A stretch of 64,000 bases of DNA. Source: Folioceros fuciformis. Lineage: Eukaryota. Below, in pieces: positions 44,172 to 55,526 of this stretch (positions are counted from its first letter, which is position 1; the number at the start of each line of letters is the position of its first letter). The DNA lies in NCBI GenBank assembly GCA_049999805.1, contig JBNGIO010005395.1, positions 1 to 64,000 of the forward strand. The letters run 5' to 3'. Made by a program: the position numbers and the translations under genes. The notes below the pieces were generated by a model that saw only the letters and a list, made by a program, of their open reading frames with translations, made no database searches and was not told where the DNA came from.

Positions 44172-47100
44172 TCACGGCGAGCTTTGATGGAGTCTGACAA
44201 GGGAAGCGTAGGATCCAGCATTGCGCTTGAGAGTGTCGTGGGAACCGAGCTCCAAGATTTTGCCATCGCTGATGACGGCGATGACGTCGGCATTCCTGAC
44301 TGTAGAAAGGCGATGAGCCACCACGATGGTGGACCTGGCGACCATGATCCGCTCCAGAGCCTCCTGCACCAGCTGCTCGGACTCGGAGTCGAGAGCGCTG
44401 GTGGCCTCGTCCAGCAGGAGGACCTTGGGGTTCTTGAGGATCACTCTGGCAATGGCGATGCGCTGCTTCTGGCCGCCGGACAGGTGACGGCCCCGCTCTC
44501 CCGCAGGAGTGTGGTAGCCCTGGGGCAGGCTGGCTACGAAGTTGTGGGCGTTGGCGGCCCTTGCTGCGGCCTCGATGTCCTCGTCCGCCACCTGGCCCTG
44601 CTTCCCGTACGCTATGTTCTCCCGGATGGAGATGTTGAAGAGGGCAGGGTCCTGGCTCACCAGCCCCAGCTGCTGCCTCAGCCACTTTAGTCGCAGCTTC
44701 CTGATGTCCACTCCGTCCAGCAGAACGTGGCCCAGGTCGGGGTCGTAGAACCTCTCCATCAGCGAGATTACTGTGGACTTGCCGCTGCCGCTTTCGCCCA
44801 CCAGAGCTACTGTCTGGCCAGGGAAAGAAGGATCCAGAGCATGGAAACGAGGTGAGCATTGGCATGGGCATGGGCAGGTGAGAGGCAAGAGAGCATGCAA
44901 GGGCAGGTGTTGTTGGAGGAGGCTTACTTGGCCTGGTTTCACTGTGAGGCAAAAATCTTGGAAGACCTGCACATCCGGGCGGGTCGGGTAGCTGAAGGAG
45001 ATGTGATGGAATTCGATGTGCCCTTTCACGTCTTTCAATATGCTTCCTGAGGTGTCGGAGGAGTCGATTTTGGAGCTCCTGTCGAGCAAGGCGAAGATAG
45101 AGTTTGCCGCTGTCTTTGCTCTTGCTATATCAGGGGCCAGCCCCATGGACTGCGCAACACCGAAGGCCGTGCAAACGATGGAGAAGAACACCTGTGCAGC
45201 AAGGTGTTTGTGTGTGAGACAGGTGTGTGAGCGCATGACCTGGTGGTGGTGTCAGGAGTGTGGTGGTCTTACGGTAAACATTTGGTTGAAAGTGGTCTTC
45301 CCTTCCCGCACAAGATGGGCACTCAGCCAAAAGATGAAGGCATTGCAGCCGTAGGTGGAGAAGCTGGAAATGGCAAGACCACTTCCACTGATCAAACCTT
45401 GGCGGATACCGCCTGCCAACGGTATTTTACACTTGCTCTGGTACAGGGAAGACACCTTGTCTTCAGCACAGAAGGAGGCCACGGTTCTGATGCTACTCAC
45501 GGCTTCATTCGCCAGTATGCTAGCGTCCTCGTACATAGCCTGGCATGTTATGAACATTAGCCCAGGAGGAATGGAGAGAGGGCACTTGTTGTGAGCGTGT
45601 GGAGGGATGTCACCTTGGAGTCCTTGCTGTGGCCCTTGAGAAGCTTGACTTGCATGTAGGTGCCGAGTCCCAAAAGGGGCAAGATGGCCAACATGGAGCT
45701 GGAGAGCAAGAAGTTGGAGAGAAAAGCAATGAGAAGACCTGTAAGCACAGCAGCTGCACTTTCCACATAAGTTGACAGAGCATCTCCAACCATGCTTCTC
45801 ATCCGTGCTGCGTCTTGGGACAGCCGAGCTCCAATGGAACCCCTGCCACCAGCAAACTAGAGATCGTGACCTGCAATCCTTGTTGACACCGGAGGATGGG
45901 GAATCTTTGTTAGGAGACTAACCCCGAGCTCTCTTTCTCGTCAAACCAGCCAACTTCTTGCTGCAGTATCTTCTCGAAGATCAACAACCTAATCCGACGC
46001 ACGAGTCCATTGCCAGCCACCGCAAATGAAAACATTTGTATGGGGCACACGAGAAAGTTTCCGCATGCAAGGACCACCAGCATGATTGCCCAGAAGCTTG
46101 CATCCTTCTTCATGTGATGAGGATCGTTTCCAAAGAAGGAGATTATGAGACGGCTGAAGATAAGCCCACACGTCGGCAACAAAGCCCCATGTACAGCAGC
46201 CGCCGCCGAACCTATCACGAACATGGGTGTCTCCGGTCTATTCAGAGCAGCAAGGCGGAGGAAGTATCTCCTCTTGGCGACAACTGTCGGCCCGGCCTCC
46301 AGATCATTGTCGGACGCAAAGTCAGCCCCAGCAGGGAGAGCTCTTGAGCAGCTGCTCAAGATAATGTTGGAGGCACTGTTGGTGCGGGTGTGGCTGTGGG
46401 AAAGGTTGCTGCTGGTTCTGCTTAACACAACATCTGCACCAGCCACGATAGTTTCCGCTTCATCACCGACGTCGTCGTCTCCAGGAGGTTCTTCCTGCAC
46501 ATTTTGATGATGAGCAAGCTGGCTGTAAGCGCCATCACTTCTGCTCAGAAGCTCAGCATGTGTCCCTGTGCAACCGTGGATGGGAACTCAGGCCAAGTGT
46601 CCAGTCTGTAAACTAGATGGAATGTTCAGAACAGAGGAAGGTGGTTACCGACCCTGTTCAACGATGGCTCCCTGATGCATCACAGCGATGTGGTCCGCAG
46701 TCCTTATGGTGGTGAATCTGTGGGCCACTATCAAGGTGGTGCGGTCGCACATGATCCTTTCCAGAGCCTGTTGAACCACCCTCTCGGAAGCAGCATCCAG
46801 AGCACTGGTGGCTTCATCCAGGAGCAGGATCCGAGGATTTTTCAAGATAACCCTTGCAATAGCTATCCTCTGCTTCTGTCCTCCAGACAGTTGGACTCCA
46901 TTTTCTCCCACCTGCGTGTTGTAACCCTGCACGTACACGCATAATATTGCTTCTTTTAGCACCGGAGCAAGAGAAGAAAGCATAATTCCATCCCTTCCCA
47001 CGGAGTCCACCGGAAAATTCACCTGTGGCATTTTGTCGATGAAGGTTGCAGCGTTGGCAAGCCTGGCCGCAGCCATGATCTCCTCACCAGTGGCGCCATC

Positions 47101-49524
47101 CTTCCCGTAGGCAATGTTCTCCCCGATGGTAGTCCCGAAGAGAACAGCCTCCTGACTGACCAACCCGATCTGCTGGCGCAACCATCCCACGTTCATGGTC
47201 TTGATATCGATAGCATCCAGGAGCACCTCGCCTCCTTGCGGATCGTAGAACCTCTCAATCAGCTGAATGACAGTGGACTTGCCGCTGCCACTGCCCCCCA
47301 CCAAAGCAGCGGTGCAGCCGGCGGGAATCTGAAACGAAAGCTTGGAGAAGACGGCAACCTCAGGCCGAGCCGGGTACGAAAAGTCCACATCGCGCAACCG
47401 GATGTCGCCCCTGACGCTGGCAACCGAGATCCCGGCCGGGTCGGCCGCGTCGATCTCAGGCCTGCGGTTGATGAGCTCGAAGAGCTTGTAAGCGGCCGCC
47501 TGCCCTCCTGCGAAGGTGCTGAAGCAGAGGGACGCCTGGCCCAGGGCGCTGCCAACAACGTGGTCTTTGAGCTTAGTTCAGGGTCATTATTCCCGCAGCC
47601 CATGGATGGGCAGTCCAATCGCAAATGCAAAGCACTAGTCCAATTTCCCTTCCCTCTGAGGCTCGCTCACCTACCACCGATGACGATAGAGAAGAAGACG
47701 GTGATGATGGTGCCGCCGGTAGCGCTTCCATTGACAGCCAACCTGGAGCCGTACCAGAGGGACAGGGCGAAGGAGCCGTAGGCGAAGAAGCCGACCAAGC
47801 CAGCCCCGAAGCCCGACGCCAGGCCCTGCCGCACGCCCACCTTGTACGCCTTCCTCAGCGCCCTGTCGTAGGCGCCCACCGTCCGCTTCTCGCCCGTGAA
47901 GGACATCACCTACAACACCATCTCTGCGACGCTGCAATCAGCTCAAGTTCCTGCTGCCCTTGCAAGCCCCCAGAGCTGCGGATGCTTCATGGCTGGCAGA
48001 GAATGCCTACCGTTCTGATGGCCCCAATCACCTCCACCACCACCCTGCCCGCATCACTGTAGGAGGCCTGCCCGGAGGTGTTGAGCTTGGAGATCTGCGA
48101 CGCCGTGGTGGCCCCAAACGTGACGATGAGCGGAATGGTGGCCAGCAACACCAGGCTCAGCTTCCAGCTCTTGGCGAAGGCCAGCGCCATGCCGCCCACG
48201 AACGTGGTCATGTACTCGATCACCTTGCCCACCTGTGCCGGCGTCAGTTAAGTTGGTTAACCTGGTCACCCACCCACCCCCCACTCCCCTGTCCGGGGCC
48301 TGGGACTCTACCGTTGTTTACCTTTTCCCCCGTTGCCCGCTGGATGGAGGCCGTGTCCCCGGACATCCTGCCAAGAACCTCCCCACTCGTGAGCTCCCTG
48401 TCGAAGAAGGACACGTCCTGCCGAAGCAGCGCCTTCAGGTACTCGCTCCTGATGCGAGCCGCCTGCCTCTCGCCCGAGCACATCCAAAACGCCACCTCTG
48501 CCGGATGCACAACATCATCCAACATGTCTGCCTCATCCACAGTGACTCTTAAGCCCTACGAGCAAAATGCGGGTGATTGGGCATACCACAATATCCGCCG
48601 ATTGCAGCTGCCATGGCCACAAACACGTAGTGCACAGTTGCCTGCACCGCACGACATGGAGCAATTCAATCAAGCTCAGCTGGAAGGAAATCATGTTGCA
48701 ACACGCAACGACGTTCACACTGCACCCAGCGACGGCCGATCGTGCTCACATACCTTGGAGATTTTTGCGACCAGGGCATGGCCGTCGATGGGGGTCTTGG
48801 CCTTCACGTCTCCGAAGGCGTCGGTGACGGTCCCAAACACAAGCACCACCATGATCTGGCTGAGCCCGTTGATGACAGCCCCGGCGGATCCCAAGGCCAT
48901 GAGCGCGAAATCCAGGCTGTCCGCGAAGGCGAACAGGCGGTAGAAGGGGGCGGAGCCAGGAGAAGGTGCGGCCTCGAGCTTGGACGCCAGCCGCTTCGGG
49001 GCGGCCACGTCGTGCAAGCCGGGGAAGGGGCCATTCAGAGTGCTCAGAGCCAGGCCCAGCGCCCCCAGGAGCTTGCTTTTGGGGGACTTGGCAGAATTGA
49101 TGCCCTCGCCATCGGATGCGGCATCCGTTTGCAACAGCACCGGCTTGATGGACCGGATCTCGCTCAACACCTGCTCCACCAGCGGGGTGTGCGAGATTTC
49201 AATGTCGATGAAGCTGCCGTTCGTAGTGTCGGTGTCGTCCCCGCTGCTGCTGTTGGAACCAGAACCATGCTCCTGCTGCTGTCGCTTCTCCCTCGGCTTC
49301 CCGCAACTGTCCAGGACCAGAGCGTCTTCTCCTCCTGAGACCCACTCGTCGGGCTTCCTGCAACTGTCCACAACCACTAGCGCGTCTTCTGCTACTGGAA
49401 CCTCCTCGTCGGCCAGAGGCTGCGATTCTGCTGCGACCGCGTACTGCTGGATGTGAGTTTCGAGTGTCAAAGCTTGGTTGCTGCTGTTGTCACGCTCGGC
49501 ACCAGCCCCATTACCATCATTCAT
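44172..49524 (-). CDS. Full-length ABCB (P-glycoprotein/MDR) transporter, multi-exon
   Basis: TMD1 ([25 protein letters not shown]), NBD1 ([33 protein letters not shown]), TMD2, NBD2 ([17 protein letters not shown]); includes a 55-nt exon at ~48587-48641. Start at 49524 is inferred. Confidence 0.95.
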
Positions 49525-50012
49525 CTTCCTTGAGCGAAGGGATCCGAGAAGCACTACAAAATGCGCATCCTCGTAGGCACGAGCATTCTGGCGATGGTGA
49601 GGCAAGGGATCAATGCCGCTTGCGGGACGGAATAGCGGGTGGCACTTCCGGGGCCGGTTTGCGCTTCACGAACGAGAATAGGGATTCCAAGATGAGGTAC
49701 AACATGGAGACGACGGACATGGTGCAAAGGACGTAGGTGAGCAGATCCGTTGAAGTCCATTCCATCTTCCCCTGTGCCACCATTGTTGCTCACCGCCACT
49801 TCCTTGAGAAGTGTAGCGACATATCCGTCGCCTTCCCTACGGCTTCGCTTCAGCCTAACCGAATCCTTCCAGAAGACGCATGCCACCTGGCTCTCGTTAA
49901 CGGGCAGGGAACTTAAGGAGCGCGGTCCATAACAAACAACAACCGGTATACGGCAAGAAATGTGCGGGTACCGTTTCTCCAATCACAAGCCCATGTAAGC
50001 AATGGATGGCTA

Positions 50013-52248
50013 TCATACAGAAGTCCAATGCCTGAACTTGCAAATTCCTCGCCGTTTCTCTGCGAAGCAATCGCGCACAGATTGCAACATGGCAGCCACT
50101 GCCGGAACCCTGCACAGCTCTTCACGGGATCCCTGCGCACTCACAATTATTTCACAAAGCGTCAAAATTTGTGGGTTGCTTATTTGCAGAAATACCCGAG
50201 ATATGTGTGTTCCTACCAGTTCTGAGAGTCGTTCCTCTAAGCCGCCAGCGTCAGGATTGCTGTTCATGAAAAGTTTGATGTATGCGCTCCTTATGGCTCG
50301 GACCTGGGGTGAACCACCCAAGTTCAGAAGCCCATAACTCGGGGCGAACTGCTGTAACCCGCTTTACGAAACGAGGTCTCACCTCCGTATCTGAGAATCC
50401 ACATCGTCTGAGGCCCTCCAGATTCAGTCCCCGTAACTCTGCTCTGTCTCCTGCCACCATCATGTACATCGGTACGTCCCGATCAACCTGAAACAACACT
50501 CGGCCTTTGAAAATCGGAGCCATTTGCCCCTAAAACACGAGACTGACAACCATTCAACAAGTACGATCAACCGAGCAGCTACTGCAGTCACCATGGAGCC
50601 ACCCGCCAAAAAAGAGTACGACGCTATGTGACAGAATTGATGCACAGCCACAGCGCCACCTGTGTGGACAAAGTCCTGCACTTGAAAGCGAGTAAACCGT
50701 GATTCAGACTTGGGCACTCGTTACTTTGCGCAACAATCTGAAGTTGGGCAGGTCAGTTTAAAAAGCAGACCTCCAGCACGACGTGGCCACCTAAGAGAGT
50801 GCCGTTGGCTAGGATGTTCCGGTTGCCCATTTTGCAATCGTGAGCGATGTGTGAGGTCCCCATGATAAGGTTGTCACTCCCGATTATCTGCGAGCCGTGA
50901 TGGTGGTCACCCTCACCCGTCCACAACACCAAACGAGATCCGTGATCGAGAAAAGGAATTGGCTCACTTACTGTGGAGTCATTTGGTTTGGACGAACGAT
51001 GTATACTGACATACTCTCTGACATCATTGTTGTGTCCCATAATTAGAGAGCAGTCATCACCTTCCTGCATAGTAAACAGCCTTTCGATGAGCAGAGACCA
51101 GCATAGGCCCAGCGACAGGCTCAAGACCCTTTCCGGACAACTCCTGCATGAATCCAAAACAAAAAGGAGAAAAATATCTCGGCGTTTCGGCAGCTTCGTC
51201 CTGGAGGTTATCAATACTATTAGGAAACCATTTGCCCACGCTGTCCCGGAGCAGATGAGAAACTGCAACCCTGTGTGATTTTAATGTGGACCGAAACACC
51301 TGCCTCACCTTGTACTTCAAGTCTTGGCATTTGACGCCAACCACAGCATGATAACCAATGGAGTTGTTATTACCAATGGCCGTATGACCAGGGATATCTG
51401 CACCAACAACAGCACCACTGACATACAGCATTGAAAACCATGTTACATAAGTAAGCGAGCCGGACTGACTTCAGAGCCAGCTTGAGAGCAATGGCAGCGC
51501 CATGACAGATAACAAACGGCATCCAACAGCTCGTGGACGGACTGCTCATCAATCTGCCACTTACGTGTATATCACACACCGCTCCCCAAGCTCCGTTTCC
51601 CCGAAAATGTGACTGTTTGCGTGCATGACGCATCCATCTCCAAGCCTGGCCTCAGGCCCCACTGTACAGAAGGGTCCTACCACAACTCCCTGCATCCCAA
51701 TCAACATCCCCGTCAGCCACAACAAGGCCATCAGCCGCTAAACCGCAGCACCACGAAAATGCCAGACCCAACCTGCCCCAAAATGGCATCCGGATGCACA
51801 ATTGCTGTAGGATGAATTTCTGGCCGTCCCGGGAGCAGGCTGGTTGCTGCGTGACTGATCACTCCCGACTCCTTGGACGCAGGATTCCGCCTTCGCCTCC
51901 CAGCAACCTCACCTTCCCTGCTCTCGGGCAGGTCGGAGTCTGAAATATTTCGACCTCCTGCCCGTTCAATACACCCACCTCTACACTGCAATGCGCAACA
52001 ATTCCTACACTCCAAATCCAGCTCTCACCAGCTGATGCCCGCGCCCCCCGCCGAAGCCTGCCGGGCACCAGCCTGCCGCTGCCAGTGCTACAGCTCCTGG
52101 GCGCAGCTGCGTTGAGCCGAATCCAGTACTTCCGGAAAAATACCACTAGCGGCCTGGCTTTGGCGCGGCCGTAGCCCTCGCTCACCTGGTGCTTCCCTGT
52201 CAAAATCCTGGCCAAGCTGCGATTCGGCGTGCAGCACGCGCCCGACAT
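50013..52248 (-). CDS. LpxA: Acyl-ACP--UDP-N-acetylglucosamine O-acyltransferase (LpxA), probably mitochondrial, multi-exon
   Basis: IHPTAIVHPDAILG, VVGVKCQDLKYK, REYVSIHRSS, SHIAHDCKMG, AVHQFCHI, GDRAELRGLNLEGLRRCGFS, RRGICKF. Start codon uncertain. Confidence 0.9.
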
Positions 52249-52756
52249 TGCACCGGCTCTCACCGCTGCACGCCAGCCTTCAAGCTGAGCCAAATCAGCC
52301 GCTGCAGCCGAGAGCCAGCATGTGTCAGAGCGGCAATTTCAGGCTCTCCTACATTCGAATTAGACCATCTTGCTTCTTCACCGATCCGAGACGATACCGT
52401 GGGTTTTTAGGGCTCCAGGCCATGGAGCGTGATTCGCGCTGCTGTGTAGCGTGAGCGTGGTAGATCTCCTATGTGGTGGATAGCGTCATGGTGCTGTTCT
52501 TGACTGGCACCACATGTTCGCGCGCGAATGCGTTCAGAACCTGCGGAAATGAGGAAAGGCATCGGTGTGGGTGGCCGGTGGGTGTCCTGGATCCTCCGTG
52601 ACCGCAATTCCAGTCCTCTGAGACGTCTCAAGCAATGGTTGAGACGTGGGTACGCCGTCTGCCCGGCTGTCGAGCAGTGGAATTGTGCGGCTGGTCCCCG
52701 TGAGTACTGCGTGCTCTTGTGATGGTATTGCAGGTGTTGCCGGCTCTCAAATTATC

Positions 52757-55357
52757 ATGTTTTCTGGCTTGCAGTGCAGCCAGGGGCGTGGCAGGCTTTG
52801 GGGGACAGGGTTGTGGACGACCTCTCCCAGAGAGGTGGATCGCTGGATGAGGTAATCCAGGCGCCTTCGGATTTGTTCTCTTATGGAGGTGCTTGGGCTT
52901 CATGGGTTCTGAGGCGGTGCGTGAATCTGTACAGCTGGGGAATTGGAATGCTTATTTTGCGGATTTCATTCGGAGAACAGAAAGGAACTCCACGTGGATT
53001 GGGTCGGAAAATGCAGGAAGCTTGCTGGCATCACGACTTGCTGGACTTGGGGCATTCCATCGGCCTGGTTTCGACCCTGGTGGGTTGCGAGAGGGCTCTG
53101 GCAGGTTTTCTTCCAGCTTATTTGTTTCTTAGTAATTTTCGGCAGCTGTGTTGTGTTGTAGCGTGAGTCGAAGGAACGGCTGAGTTAACGTGACGGCTCT
53201 CACCATTGCAGAGGTGCCATTGAGGAAGAAGTGCTAGTGCCTGAAGCTTGGAATGAGCTGTGCGAAGAGAAGGGTCTGTATTGGGCCGTTGAAGTGTTAG
53301 ACATCCTGGTTCAGCAATTCGGATCTGAAGTTCCTGCATCTTTCTTCTATTGTGTTCTCAAAGGGTGCATCGCGCAGAAGGATTTGGCTGTTGGCAAACG
53401 TGCGCATGCCCTTGCTCATACTAGTGGGTACGAGTCCAATAGTTTCTTGGCCAACCATATAATCCGGATGTACTCTTCCCATGGCAAACTGGAGGAGGCA
53501 ATGCTAGTGTTTGATAGGGTGGCTGTGCCCAGCATTTTCATGTGGTTTTCAGTTATATCAGTACATGCTGAGCAGGGACTTCCAGCACAAGCCCTCAAAC
53601 TGTATGGACGGATGCAACAGGCGTCAGTGAAGCCGAATAACTACGTGTTTGTGGCGGCCCTCAAGGCATGTGTGAATGCACGAGATTTGGCATCTGGCAA
53701 GAAAGTGCATGCTGATGTCTTGGGACAGTTACTTGAGGCCAATGTTTTTGTAGGCAGCAGCCTGGTGGACATGTATGTCAAATGTGGTAGCCTAGAGGAT
53801 GCTCAGGCAGTGTTTGACAGACTACCTGCCAAGAATGTGGTGACATGGAATGCCTTGCTTGGTGGATATGCAGATCGAGGGCTCTGTCACGAAGCCCTTG
53901 TTCTACATGCTAAGATGCAGGAAGAAGGCCAAACCGCAGCTAATCGTGTCACATATATGTCCCTTCTGAAGGCCTGTGGCAGCATCGGAGCACTGCATGA
54001 GGGCAGGCAACTTCATTCCGAAATTCGAGGGTCGGAGGTGGAGGCCGATGTTACGGTTGGAAACTGCCTGGTGGATATGTATGCTAAATGTGGCAGCCTA
54101 GAAGATGCTCGCAGAGTATTTGACAGTATGCCGACAAGAGATGTAGTCACGTGGACATCTATGATCGGAGGATATGCTGAGCATGGGCTCGGGCAAGAAG
54201 CCCTGAATATTTACAGCTGTATGCAAGTGGATGGCATCACACCAGCCAACCGCGTGACCTTTCTATGCCTTCTGAGAGCATGCGCTGATGTGGGAGCATT
54301 GCATCAGGGGAAGCTGCTTCACTGTCAAATACAAGAGCAAGGTCTGGAAGCGGATGTGGTTGTTGGTGGTAGCCTAGTAGACATGTATGCAAAATGTGGC
54401 AGCTTAGAGAATGCACGCAAAGTGTTTGACAGACTACCCAGACGAAATGTGGTGACGTGGACTGCGTTGTTGAATGGCTACGGCCAAGCTAATGATAGCC
54501 AAATGGCAATGCAGTGTTTCCAAGCGATGCAGAGGCATGGGGTTGAGCCTGATGAGTTCACTTTCACATGTCTTCTTGTGGCTTGCAGTCATGAAGGCCT
54601 TGTGTCTGAGGGTCAGCAGTTTTTCAGGATGATGGTGGAACAGGGCATTAGGCCCAATGTGTATCACTTTAATTGTATGGTTGATCTTCTTGGACGGGCT
54701 GGGCGGTTACATGAGGCAGAACAGACGTTGCGATCTATGCCATATCACGATGACGTTGTAGGGTGGTTATCTTTGCTAAATGCCTGCAAAACTCATGGTG
54801 ATGTAGATTGTGGAAGGCGATGTTTTGACCATATTACCCAGACTGATCCTCAGAATTCAGCTGCCTATGTGCTGTTGGGTGACATATATTCCAAGGCTGG
54901 TAGGTGGAGGGATGTGGCAAGGATAGAATACTTGAGGAAGTCTGTAGGCGCTTACAAAATGCCCGCGAGGGCATGGATTGAGGTTAACGACAAGGTTCAT
55001 ACCTTCGTTGTCGGAGAAGACAGAGACGATGTTACCCTCAGGATCAGGAGTGCGAATTTGCGGTTGGAGCAGGATAATGGCGGTGAACCACGCACAGACT
55101 TGGTGCTGAAGCAAGATTACAACGAGAAGGAAGATCCCTTGTGTGGTCATGCCGAGAAACTGGCATTGGCGTTTGGTCTGCTGAATACTCCACATGGCCA
55201 AACTTTGATAGTTACTAAGAATCTCCGAATGTGCAACAATTGTCATGATGGCACCAAGATCATGTCTAAAATTGAGAAACGTGAGATAATCGTCAGAGAT
55301 GCACATCGCGTACACCATTTTGTTGATGGATTCTGTTCTTGTGGAGATAGACATTGA
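52757..55357 (+). CDS. PLS-class PPR protein with E1/E2 and a DYW:KP-type (DRH-ending) deaminase-like domain; probable exons 52757-52851 and 53212-55357
   Basis: 14 P/L/S motifs, E1/E2, PARAWIEV, LCGHAEKLALAFGL, KNLRMCNNCH, HHFVDGFCSCGDRH. The 5' exon is inferred from splice phase. Confidence 0.93.
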
Positions 55358-55526
55358 CTCCAGAATGACGGGGTTCTGCGGCATGCGGGCCTGTTGTCCT
55401 CGATGATTAGAAATGAGCTCCTCTTTCAAACTTCCTGTCGACGTCCCGTGCTCCGTCTATCTGGGAAATCAGATAACTTCTGATGTCTTATAAGGTTTTC
55501 CTTGATGATGCGGGATTTGTATAATA

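Noticed and set aside
43768-44952. 394-aa ORF and other long antisense or alternative-frame ORFs over ABCB, kinesin and HIP
   Set aside because: Shadow ORFs of GC-rich coding sequence.
50013-52248. LpxA as a recent bacterial horizontal transfer
   Set aside because: Intron-rich, and nuclear LpxA is a known conserved gene in land plants.
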